DNA from: an uncultured bacterium
Lineage (GTDB): Bacteria > Patescibacteriota > Minisyncoccia > Moranbacterales > GWC2-37-73
Assembly (NCBI GenBank): GCA_903851135.1
Contig: CAINNK010000012.1
Span: forward strand, 4,282 to 68,281
Reading direction: 5' to 3'
DNA: 64,000 nucleotides
In this document: piece after piece, positions 21,116-29,122 of the stretch
How positions within the stretch are numbered: position 1 is the first letter of the stretch
Layout: each line of letters starts with the position of its first letter
Notes under the pieces: generated by a model
Databases searched by the model: none
What the model saw: the letters and a program-made list of their open reading frames with translations, nothing else
Told to the model about the DNA's origin: nothing
Made by a program: the position numbers and the translations under genes

Positions 21116-21418
21116 CTACAACTTTTTTATTTCAACTATTTCTTCTGCTGGAACATTTTTTACCATAAAAATGGTGCAGCCCTTTTTGTTTTTCCATGAC
21201 CTTGCTTTTGTTGAATTAATGACGAGGATAATTGCGGTACCGCCTACCTGAGTCCTGCTTCTTCCTGCATAACCAACTGCGCTTTGGTAGTTAGTTGTGA
21301 GAAAAACTACATCAGTGTTTTTGGTCCTATTCTCCGTCAGATTAATTCCACCCACTAAGCCATTTTCCATTATGGAATGGAGATTTTCGCTGCTTGTTCC
21401 ATGAAAGAACTGTGCCAT
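21116..21418 (-). CDS. Small ADP-ribosyltransferase/Tpt1(KptA)-like NAD-binding domain protein
   Basis: FFHGTS...SIMENGL...VFLTT...AVGYA...ILVI...VPAEEI pattern. Confidence 0.65.
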   Translation of the reverse strand: MAQFFHGTSSENLHSIMENGLVGGINLTENRTKNTDVVFLTTNYQSAVGYAGRSRTQVGGTAIILVINSTKARSWKNKKGCTIFMVKNVPAEEIVEIKKL

Positions 21419-21506
21419 TTTCTGCTCCTTTTTTATAATTTATGCTTCTGGCCAGATAGCATAAATTTTGCTAAAGGAGACATGCTAGTTGATTTTCAAG
21501 GAACTT
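21419..21506 (-). promoter_or_regulatory. Conserved structured 5' leader (copy B)
   Basis: boxA-like GTTCCTTGAAAA, anti-SD TCTCCTTT, hairpin TGCTATCTGGCCAGAAGCA and SD AAAGGAG. Confidence 0.65.
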
Positions 21507-21695
21507 GCTAACTGTGCTAATGTGTTGAGTAATCCATCTCAACATCAAAGCATATCATAAAATGTCAAACATGTCGATAGTAAGATTAGATAGTAATTAA
21601 AATATTGACACTTTATGGCTTGTATGATAGGATATATATGTCGAAACATTTTCCACAACATTTACACTGTCAAATAATTTTTTAAATCTTTTTCA

Positions 21696-22457
21696 ATGAT
21701 AAAAAACCTTCTTTCAGCTCTTAATTTTTCCGAGAAAGAATCGCTCGTCTACTTAGCGCTTCTTGAAGTTGGCAATGGAAAAGCCCAGGAAATTGCAAAA
21801 AAAACGGGACTCAATCGCACGACCGTGTATGATATTTTTGAAACTTTGATGCAAAAAGGTTTGGTGAGTAAATTCAAAAAAGGCTCCGCGACATTTTTCA
21901 ATGCTTTGGAACCAAAACATTTGTTGACCTATTTGGATCGTGAAAAAGAAGAACAATCCAAAAAGATTGAAAAGCAAAAACAAAAAGTCTCCGAGCTTTT
22001 GCCACAATTAATTTCACTTCAAAACATTTTTACCGACAAACCGAAAGTACAATTTTTCGAAGGTGAAAAGGGAATGCGAGAAGCCTATGAAGACACACTT
22101 ACTGCCGATGGAATTCTTTTGGGATATTCTAACTTAGAGACAATCCATGAGGGTTTGCCAAATTTTTTTCCTGAGTATTACAAGCGTCGAGTTGAAAAAA
22201 AGATTTTCGGTCGCGGAATTTTGCCAAGAAATAAAATATCACTCGAAAGAACCACCCATAATCAAGAGGAAATGCGCGACGTTCGTTTTCTGCCTGATGA
22301 GGACATGACCTTTTCACCAGAAGTGAACATTTACAATAACAAAATTTTGATAGTTTCCTGGAAAGAAAAAATGGCCATTCTGATTGAATCCAAAGAATTG
22401 GCTGACTTGCAAAGGCTAACTTTCAATCTTCTTTGGGAAACTTTGCCTAGGAAATAA
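21696..22457 (+). CDS. TrmB-family transcriptional regulator
   Basis: FSEKESLVYLALLEVG...IAKKTGLNRTTVYD; KPKVQFFEGEKG; EVNIYNNK...FNLLW. Confidence 0.9.
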   Translation: MIKNLLSALNFSEKESLVYLALLEVGNGKAQEIAKKTGLNRTTVYDIFETLMQKGLVSKFKKGSATFFNALEPKHLLTYLDREKEEQSKKIEKQKQKVSELLPQLISLQNIFTDKPKVQFFEGEKGMREAYEDTLTADGILLGYSNLETIHEGLPNFFPEYYKRRVEKKIFGRGILPRNKISLERTTHNQEEMRDVRFLPDEDMTFSPEVNIYNNKILIVSWKEKMAILIESKELADLQRLTFNLLWETLPRK

Positions 22458-22466
22458 CTTAGTGCC

Positions 22467-22588
22467 TGTCATTCCCGCGGAGGCGGGAATCCAGGTTTAA
22501 TGCAGATTTCTTCCTTTGATAATGGCTCTATAATAATATTTACAATCTTATTGTGATATTCTGGATTCCCGTTTTCACGGGAATGACA
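22467..22588. repeat. REP-like TGTCAT...ATGACA palindromic element (ATTCCC-N8-GGGAAT type)
   Basis: TGTCATTCCCGCGGAGGCGGGAATCCAG pairs with CTGGATTCCCGTTTTCACGGGAATGACA. Confidence 0.8.
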
Positions 22589-22657
22589 AGAAGGTAGCTT
22601 CGTGATAAAAATAAAATTAACACAGATTAAATTAACCTTGACTCAAGTGTTATGTAT

Positions 22658-23503
22658 TTATAAACTCTTTTGATGGATAGCAAAGTCCCTAGCAAGGGTC
22701 TTTTTTAGTTTGGTGGCTTTTTTGTGATTGCGAGAAATCACCAGGCGCATGCGTCCTTGGCGTGACAGAATTTTTTGAATCTTTTCTTTGGCATTTTCGT
22801 TAAAGCTGGTAGCGGTTTGATAAAGTTTTTCAACTTCGTTTGCAATTTCTTTGTCGAGCCAGACTTCAATTAAAAAATCTCCAAAGATGTTTAAATAATA
22901 ATTATTCTCCTTGAACATTGGTTTGGTCAGCATGTTGTATTGACTCCTTGCTCCATCGAAGCTGGAAGCAATGTGTTTGTCCAGTGGGGTGCTGCTTCCG
23001 GCAGTTAGTAAAAACGGATGATCCTTGTGGGCAAACGAATCGATGAAAGCTTGTTCATTTTTATTGCGTGCTAGCAAGAACCATTCATGCGGATTATAGA
23101 AAAAAATCGGCTCTTTTTCTTTAAGCTGTTCAATTAAAATGTAGATAGCGTGCGTCCAAAAGATGTCAGCCTTTTCAACTGTTTGAAAATAATATTTGAT
23201 TCTTTCTTTGTCTTCAAGCCTAAGAAAACTGCCATCGTTGGAATTTTTAACATAGTTTCCTTTCGCATTCTCAAAAAAGTTAGTCATTTCATTGAGCCAA
23301 GAAAGGTTGAGGGATGCTGCTCCCTTGGTGATGATGATACTTTCCTGATCTCGCAAAATTCGCAGAGCGCAGTAAACGGCTTGCTTGGTCGTCTGCGGGC
23401 GAATTTCTTTGATTTTAGCCACCAAATCGAGGCATTTTTGTGGTCCTCTTTTCAGTAAAGAAAGTAAATTTTCTTCAATATTTTTAGGCTTAACTAAAGA
23501 CAT
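22658..23503 (-). CDS. Winged-HTH regulator, distant TrmB-like architecture
   Basis: N-terminal TTKQAVYCALRILR helix; C-terminal YLNIFGDFLIEV resembling TrmB C-domains; divergent from 23651. Confidence 0.6.
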   Translation of the reverse strand: MSLVKPKNIEENLLSLLKRGPQKCLDLVAKIKEIRPQTTKQAVYCALRILRDQESIIITKGAASLNLSWLNEMTNFFENAKGNYVKNSNDGSFLRLEDKERIKYYFQTVEKADIFWTHAIYILIEQLKEKEPIFFYNPHEWFLLARNKNEQAFIDSFAHKDHPFLLTAGSSTPLDKHIASSFDGARSQYNMLTKPMFKENNYYLNIFGDFLIEVWLDKEIANEVEKLYQTATSFNENAKEKIQKILSRQGRMRLVISRNHKKATKLKKTLARDFAIHQKSL

Positions 23504-23650
23504 AAGGCGATATTTTGATACTTATTAGTAAAAAATAATTTTACTGATAAATAAAATATAACACAAAAATAGCAAAATTGTCAAGGTTGGTGTAATATGA
23601 TTTGTTATGGGATGGGAAATGTTTTTAAACATAATAAAATTTTTATTTTT

Positions 23651-24469
23651 ATGTGTAATTCAGACAAAAAAATTATTATTATAAACGGAGTCATGGGAGT
23701 AATAGGCTCACCGATTTTTTCATATTTTGCTGAACAAGGCGAGCATATTATTTATGGGATAAGCAGACGGGGTCTTTATTTTGAAGAATATTTAAATACA
23801 AATAGTGGAAAGCTTTTTGAAAAGAACTTGGTTTTTTCTGTGGCAGACTATAAAAAAGATAACTATGAAATCGACATTGATAATTTCGTTGAGGCACTTC
23901 CTGATTTGCCAATAGTTTTTATACACACAATGGGAGAATATGTTACTGAAATGAACAGAAGCGGAGAAATAAAAGTCAACAATGACAATGATGGTGATGG
24001 AATTGATGATAATGTGAAACGCTTGACCTATGATGTTTCAATGTCATTTTGCAAGAAATTGTCGCAATTGAAATCGCAGGTTACTTTTGTTCAAATAGGC
24101 TCTCTTTCGGACAAATATCGGATTGATATTCATGGATCATGGTTAAGGTCTATGGACTTATTAAAATGCGACTTGAAAAATCTTTGCGAGAAGTATCAAA
24201 ATTTTAATGCTTTAATTTTGAATGTTTCTTCTGTATTAACTCCGAAAGAACTTATTGATAGGCCGTTTGTTTCCTTGAAAACAAATGCTGATATGCGCTA
24301 TTGGCTACCCCCAGTTGAAATTGCAAGATTTATTGATGGATATACTGGCACAGAGAAAAAAAGGCTTAATGAGGAAGAGCTTTATAGGAAATGGCCAAAC
24401 ATAACTCAAGATCATTTTTCTTTAGAGTCTTATAAGATTAGGCGCAGTAAAGAACTTTTTAAGGACTAG
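23651..24469 (+). CDS. Rossmann/SDR-like protein
   Basis: IIIINGVMGVIG (GxxGxIG), IYGISRR, FVQIGSLS. Confidence 0.6.
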   Translation: MCNSDKKIIIINGVMGVIGSPIFSYFAEQGEHIIYGISRRGLYFEEYLNTNSGKLFEKNLVFSVADYKKDNYEIDIDNFVEALPDLPIVFIHTMGEYVTEMNRSGEIKVNNDNDGDGIDDNVKRLTYDVSMSFCKKLSQLKSQVTFVQIGSLSDKYRIDIHGSWLRSMDLLKCDLKNLCEKYQNFNALILNVSSVLTPKELIDRPFVSLKTNADMRYWLPPVEIARFIDGYTGTEKKRLNEEELYRKWPNITQDHFSLESYKIRRSKELFKD

Positions 24470-24521
24470 AAAGTAATAGATTGATGGTTTTAAAGGAATA
24501 ATAAATTTAGAAATTTTTTAT

Positions 24522-25181
24522 ATGAAGAAAAGGAATGAATCAATAATAAATGAATTGAATTTATTGTTAAGACGGGATTTTTGTTCTGAGGACTTGATAA
24601 TAATCCTAGAGCAATTATACCCAGATACATATGAAAAAAGTGTTGGAGTCTGGGAGAAATATACTCTAAAGCAACATACTTTAATGGTAATGGGGCAGTT
24701 TGAAAAATATTTTAGTTGTAAGGATTTACCTTTGGATTTTAACAGAGGAATTTTCAGACTGTTTCTTGCTTTGCATGACATAGGGAAACCTATGGCAATA
24801 AGCAAAGAGGGTAAGCACTTGCAACATAAATATACCCAAGAATATATCTCGAAACTATTTAAAGAGTTGGGTATTGATAGTAAGCATTTCAATTTAGTTA
24901 TGTCTTTAGTGTCGAGCGATCCAATAGGCGGATATTTAACTGAAAAATTAGATGAAGAAAAAACAAAAGAAGTTGTCCGACAGATGGCAGAATGTGCAGG
25001 GGTTAATGCGCGTGATTTTTTTAAACTGCTTTGCATATATTATAAGGTTGATGCAGGTAGTTATACTGAAAATGCTGGAGGTCTTAAATCTCTCGATCAC
25101 TTATTTGTTTTCGATGAAGATAATCGTGAATTGAATTTTGCAATTAATATTCAGCATAAAATGGATAGAATAGATCTGTGA
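24522..25181 (+). CDS. HD-domain protein
   Basis: TLKQHT...ALHDIGKP...QH...D motifs. Confidence 0.7.
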   Translation: MKKRNESIINELNLLLRRDFCSEDLIIILEQLYPDTYEKSVGVWEKYTLKQHTLMVMGQFEKYFSCKDLPLDFNRGIFRLFLALHDIGKPMAISKEGKHLQHKYTQEYISKLFKELGIDSKHFNLVMSLVSSDPIGGYLTEKLDEEKTKEVVRQMAECAGVNARDFFKLLCIYYKVDAGSYTENAGGLKSLDHLFVFDEDNRELNFAINIQHKMDRIDL

Positions 25182-25236
25182 GAAATTTTATCTCCTCAAA
25201 TTTTGCTGCTTATTCATTTGTGTGAAGAAAAAAATA

Positions 25237-25382
25237 GACCGGTCTAAAAGAGAAATCTTATAAGTCGGCCTCCATCCTTGAGAGTATGAAAAGTTCGTGC
25301 TTTCAAAAAGTGGAGAAGACAGAGCGATGCGGTTTTTCCTCCAAAGGCGGACAATTGGGTTACAGACACTGAACCGACAAGG
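25237..25382 (+). ncRNA. Structured trailer element, copy 1 (diverged)
   Basis: Homologous to 25923 and 27964; hairpin 2 TTGAGAGTATGAA/TTCGTGCTTTCAA is kept by G-U and compensatory pairs. Confidence 0.5.
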
Positions 25383-25403
25383 AAGATTTCAGCAAAAACT
25401 AGC

Positions 25404-25535
25404 TTATTTGTCAACATTTTTGATAAATAATTTTAATTATCCTATTTTTAAGCTATTTATTGGGGTATATGTGTATTATGTTATTGATAATTTTGACGAA
25501 ATAGTGTAAGATAGCTTGTTATAGTTCATTTACAT
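25404..25535 (+). promoter_or_regulatory. Duplicated operator/promoter/leader module
   Basis: TGTCAACATTTTTGATA palindrome. About 50 bp are nearly identical to the reverse complement of 35525-35577. TTGATA-17-TAAGAT, then CTTGTTATAGTTCATTTACA shared with 26979. Confidence 0.7.
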
Positions 25536-25583
25536 CACAACGCTTATCATAAAAAAATGATGAGCACAACCAAGGAGGATATT

Positions 25584-25892
25584 ATGGAAAAAATAGCAAG
25601 CATTTTAACGCAAGGAACGATTGAGAATTTACTCGATGTATTCGGTTGGAAGGGTTTTGTACCCTATAACGCTTGTATATTTTTTGATGCGTGGAAAGAG
25701 ATTCAGGGCGATTCCGTTAATCTTGAATGCTCAATTTCCGAAAAAGAACACTGTTTTGATGTACATCTTCATCGAATAGGGTTTGTTTCCCCTAGAATAA
25801 TAGATGTGCAAGGATTAAGTGTGCAACAAATCATACGGCTCCTCATTGCAGATGACACGTATAAAGAACTTCGTAAGATAAAACCGGAGTAA
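25584..25892 (+). CDS. Hypothetical protein
   Basis: ORF after AGGAGGATATT-ATG, the same context as 27025. Confidence 0.6.
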   Translation: MEKIASILTQGTIENLLDVFGWKGFVPYNACIFFDAWKEIQGDSVNLECSISEKEHCFDVHLHRIGFVSPRIIDVQGLSVQQIIRLLIADDTYKELRKIKPE

Positions 25893-25922
25893 GTTGTACT
25901 TTAATCCTGCTTTACAAAAAAG

Positions 25923-26042
25923 CTGCCGACCCAGAAATCCTTCTGAGTCGGCCCCATCCTTGAAGACATAAAAGTTTGTGTTTTCAAGAAATGGATAAAC
26001 TGAGAACAGTGCAGTTCAAGTCATAGACGTTGAACCAATAAG
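25923..26042 (+). ncRNA. Structured trailer element, copy 2
   Basis: GCCGACCCAGAA/TTCTGAGTCGGC hairpin plus CTTGAAGACATAA/TTGTGTTTTCAAG hairpin; 45 nt identical to copy 3. Confidence 0.55.
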
Positions 26043-26073
26043 TAGGTTATTTTTATTGAATTGGTTACTCTTT

Positions 26074-26847
26074 TTATTTTTTCTTTATCTCACTCCATAA
26101 ATTGCTAAAAACTTCACGCAAATTATGTGCCATGACCGGATTATAAATTTCAATCAGATAAAATGGGCGATTCTGCGTATAAATCATGATAATATAATCT
26201 CCAATAATCCAAAAAGAGGAAGTGAAATTTTTGCCAGTGCCCCAAAAATTGATTTCTCGTTGGGCGATTTTTTTTTCCACCATTTTCTTTTCAATTTCTG
26301 AAGCGTTGCTAAACATTTTCAATTGAATATTCTGAGTCGAAGGAGTTTTTAGCCAAAAAGCATCAATCCATTTTTTGTAGTGAGCCACAAGCGTATGGTC
26401 TTGAAAACCCCACCAGGTACTATCATACTTTTTTGCACTTTTGTTCCAGTCATTAGTTTGTTTATACAAATAATCTTCTAAATCAGCTTCTTCGATAAAT
26501 CTAATCTTTGGCATTGCATATTGCTGATTGGTTGGTAATTTCGATAATTCCTCCATCGCTTGTGTAATGAGTTTCTCTTCTTCCTTGAGTGACTGTTTCT
26601 TTTTTTCCAGCATATTGGTGAGTTGTTCTGGCGGAAGCGCCACTAAATAGATATACTTTTGGCCGATATCTTCAATTAAAACGCCCTTTTGGATTAAGCT
26701 CTTGGCGACGCTATAAACCGTTGTTCTATTGATGCCTGTATTCTTGGCAATTCTAACCGGAGTTGATCGCCCTAGGCGTAAAGCTTCAAGATAGATTTCT
26801 ACCTCTTTATCATTAAAGCCAATTTTTTTGAGTATTTCTTGAATCAT
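26074..26847 (-). CDS. TrmB-family transcriptional regulator
   Basis: FNDKEVEIYLEALRLG...IAKNTGINRTTVYS; PKIRFIE; FSNLW. Near-leaderless promoter TTGACT-17-TATAAT with palindrome TGTTGA-N7-TCAACA. Confidence 0.88.
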   Translation of the reverse strand: MIQEILKKIGFNDKEVEIYLEALRLGRSTPVRIAKNTGINRTTVYSVAKSLIQKGVLIEDIGQKYIYLVALPPEQLTNMLEKKKQSLKEEEKLITQAMEELSKLPTNQQYAMPKIRFIEEADLEDYLYKQTNDWNKSAKKYDSTWWGFQDHTLVAHYKKWIDAFWLKTPSTQNIQLKMFSNASEIEKKMVEKKIAQREINFWGTGKNFTSSFWIIGDYIIMIYTQNRPFYLIEIYNPVMAHNLREVFSNLWSEIKKK

Positions 26848-26936
26848 ATAGCTTTATTATAGCATGTTGTTGAAGACTAGTCAACAGTATTTTATTGCTT
26901 AAATAAAGCAATAAGTCCTTATAAAAATTAAACTGT

Positions 26937-27024
26937 TGCCAATATTATTGACAGTTTGTCAAAAACAGTGTAAGCTTACTTGTTATAGTTCATTTACAAT
27001 TCACAATTTAATTAGGAGGATATT
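26937..27024 (+). promoter_or_regulatory. Promoter/leader module paralogous to 25484-25583
   Basis: TGCCAATATTATTGACA; TTGACA-17-TAAGCT; CTTGTTATAGTTCATTTACA; AGGAGGATATTATGGA. Confidence 0.7.
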
Positions 27025-27267
27025 ATGGATATTCGTTTCGTGCAGACTTGTGGTTGCTGTCCCGAACAGTACGATGCTTATCTCGGGGATAAGTATGTCG
27101 GATATGTCCGTGAGCGAGGGGGTAGCTTTACAGTCGAGTATCCCGGAAAGGATGACTGTGAAAGAGAGTTACTTTTTTCTGCATATTCTGACGAGGGTTT
27201 TTCAAGTCAGTGGATGCTTAAAAAGGCAAGGAGGGCGATATGGAAAAAAATCATATCAATTCTCTAA
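27025..27267 (+). CDS. Small hypothetical protein
   Basis: Strong SD; QTCGCCPEQYDAY...VGYVRERGG, possibly phage-like. Confidence 0.65.
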   Translation: MDIRFVQTCGCCPEQYDAYLGDKYVGYVRERGGSFTVEYPGKDDCERELLFSAYSDEGFSSQWMLKKARRAIWKKIISIL

Positions 27268-27276
27268 CTTTCCGGA

Positions 27277-27414
27277 CGGGAATACTTCACCCGTTGGCAA
27301 CAGAACCTCTGCAAAGAGGAAACGAAGGAGACCTGCACCGAACAGGTCGAAACGAGTCTGAAAGTCTCGAAAAAACTTTCAACAACTGCCGATAGAATGG
27401 TTTTCTATCGGCTC
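27277..27414 (+). ncRNA. Candidate multi-hairpin structured RNA
   Basis: Five consecutive hairpins in a GC-richer intergenic segment, one with a GCAA tetraloop. Confidence 0.4.
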
Positions 27415-27505
27415 AATCCTCAGGAATATATTTTTGCAAAATGTATTTCTAAGGGATGAAAAAAGTTCATTACGAATAAAGCAGTTGAAAACAAGGAGAT
27501 AGAAA

Positions 27506-27958
27506 ATGAAATTGTTAGCAGAAAATGCAATTTTAAAATCAGTTAAAGGTAAGGGCGAGAACAAGCGGAATTGCTATTATCTTTATCTTGATGATCTGCC
27601 CAAAATAAAATTGGGAAATCTCGAGAGGACGCGAGGCAAGAAGAAACTTTTCATCATCGAGGATGAAGCTCTTGAGTCAGTTGAAACATTCATTGATAAG
27701 CTCTCGCTTTCAATTGAAGATGCGGCCCAAGACTCGGCAGTGGAGAGATTTTTTCATAGTCTTGTTTCTTGTAGAGGTAAAGAGGGAGAAGTGGCAATCA
27801 TCCTTGAACCACGTATGTGGCCCCTTACGGGATTATACAAGGTATTTGCTGGTGATCCTGATTACATCAAGGAGGATTTGAGCACACCGTGCCTCGCTTC
27901 GTATTATAAGGGGCAAATGCCATATCCATATGGCAAAATCAAAAAAAGCCTTTTTTGA
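27506..27958 (+). CDS. Hypothetical protein
   Basis: 150-aa ORF with SD AAGGAG. Confidence 0.6.
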   Translation: MKLLAENAILKSVKGKGENKRNCYYLYLDDLPKIKLGNLERTRGKKKLFIIEDEALESVETFIDKLSLSIEDAAQDSAVERFFHSLVSCRGKEGEVAIILEPRMWPLTGLYKVFAGDPDYIKEDLSTPCLASYYKGQMPYPYGKIKKSLF

Positions 27959-27963
27959 TTCAA

Positions 27964-28037
27964 CTGGCTGATTTAGAAATCTTTTTAAATCAGCCCCATC
28001 CTTGAAGACATAAAAGTTTGTGTTTTCAAGAAATGGA
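27964..28037 (+). ncRNA. Structured trailer element, copy 3
   Basis: GGCTGATTTAGAA/TTTTAAATCAGCC hairpin (compensatory changes relative to copy 2) plus an identical hairpin 2. Confidence 0.55.
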
Positions 28038-28090
28038 GAAATTAATAATTAACAAGTTTTGTAGCTTAAAAAATAAACAAGGAGATTAAA

Positions 28091-28432
28091 ATGGTAGACG
28101 TTAGAAGAGAAGTAAGACTTATTAAAATTATTACAATCATTTGCTTGCTCATGATTTTAATTTGTATAGTAGTCTGTCCCGAAGTAATTGTTTGGCTGGC
28201 TATTTTGATTTTTGCCGGGTATGTTTCCTGGCTAATCGATATGAAAGTTTGGTTGGAGGATAAAAAAATTTGGCTTGGTTATGATGAAGAAGCATTTCCT
28301 AGACCAGATGAAACCTGGGGAGAAGGCTTTTCCAGGCCGGATGACGTTTGGGAAGCAGTTTTTATAGACCTGAGTATTTTTTATTCGGTATATGAAAAAT
28401 TCTTAAGGCATAAAAAAATCCAAAAGTTATGA
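28091..28432 (+). CDS. Membrane protein with internal duplication
   Basis: Two TM segments; EAFPRPDETWG/EGFSRPDDVWE repeat; SD AAGGAG. Confidence 0.6.
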   Translation: MVDVRREVRLIKIITIICLLMILICIVVCPEVIVWLAILIFAGYVSWLIDMKVWLEDKKIWLGYDEEAFPRPDETWGEGFSRPDDVWEAVFIDLSIFYSVYEKFLRHKKIQKL

Positions 28433-28608
28433 GGAGACTTTTGGTTGCAGGATTGGCTGTTGCTGTCCTGATGGCGCTGGCACACTTTGTTATTCAGTGT
28501 CAGCAAAACAACCTTAGCGCAAGCGGAAAATCTTTTCCCTTGCGCTTTTTTTATAAACAAAAAACCTTCCCAAATAAATGGGAAGGTTTTTTCGGAAGCA
28601 ACCGCTAA
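28429..28608 (+). CDS. Possible small hydrophobic peptide (59 aa)
   Basis: Hand translation MRRLLVAGLAVAVLMALAHFVIQC...; ATGA overlap with the upstream stop, but the ORF runs through a terminator. Confidence 0.3.
   Translation: MRRLLVAGLAVAVLMALAHFVIQCQQNNLSASGKSFPLRFFYKQKTFPNKWEGFFGSNR
28516..28552 (+). terminator. Intrinsic terminator (homolog at 34203-34240 on the minus strand)
   Basis: AGCGCAAGCGGAAAA/TTTTCCCTTGCGCT followed by a T-run. Confidence 0.7.
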
Positions 28609-28822
28609 GTTTTGCGTTGATTGTTCTGTAGACAAGTCCCAGGAAACGGATCCCCCGGGGAAGGAGCAGTGTCGAGGAGGAGCGCAGCCGAAACCACCCA
28701 ACCCATGTCTGGACAAAAAAGCACCCGATACTGAGGACAAAAGATAGAAGCCCCCAGCTGTCTACAGGACAATAAACACAAAATTTCAAAAAAACAAACT
28801 AAATCTCTTTTTTCACTTGATT
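28558..28822 (-). ncRNA. Candidate sRNA with a 14-bp closing stem
   Basis: Minus-strand TTGACA-17-TAGACT promoter (about 28828-28855), boxA-like leader, stem 28621-28634/28759-28772, terminator 28559-28592. Confidence 0.5.
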
Positions 28823-29013
28823 AAGGAGTCTAGCATGCCTTGGTTTTTTTGTCAAGGGGTGCTATACTTGGAACGTAAAGCGTGAAACGCGGAGCGTTTA
28901 ATTCGGAGCTTGTAAGGCTTAATCTAAGTGAAAAATCACCACACTGAGAGATTTGTGGTATTCTGTAAAGTAATACGTTTTAAATGGTTGTTTGTTTCAA
29001 TAAAGCCGAGAAA

Positions 29014-29116
29014 GGTTCTAAATGTTATAGATGTTCTATTTGTTGTAAGTGCTCTAGGTGCGATAGTCGTTTCAGTTATTGTAAATTTTCTGCTAGTTAC
29101 TAGTTACTGGCTACTA
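29014..29116. repeat. Tandem 9-mer array (8 units, TGTTNTANN) plus 7-mer array
   Basis: GGTTCTAAA TGTTATAGA TGTTCTATT TGTTGTAAG TGCTCTAGG..., then CTAGTTA CTAGTTA CTGGCTA. Confidence 0.7.
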
Positions 29117-29122
29117 TAGAAT

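Noticed and set aside
26936-27361. 141-aa ORF
   Set aside because: It starts inside the promoter and overlaps the SD-led 27025 ORF in another frame.
25237-28037. Integron attC array or CRISPR array
   Set aside because: The repeats lack RYYYAAC/GTTRRRY ends and regular spacers, and there is no intI or cas gene in the window.
18047-28608. Prophage
   Set aside because: Many orphan ORFs, but no integrase, terminase, capsid, tail or replication genes.
28621-28772. SRP RNA assignment
   Set aside because: GGAAGGAGCAG resembles SRP helix 8, but the matching CAGG-stem geometry is missing; left as an unassigned candidate ncRNA.
28928-29119. 63-aa ORF upstream of ruvB
   Set aside because: It is largely a translation of the 9-mer and 7-mer arrays.
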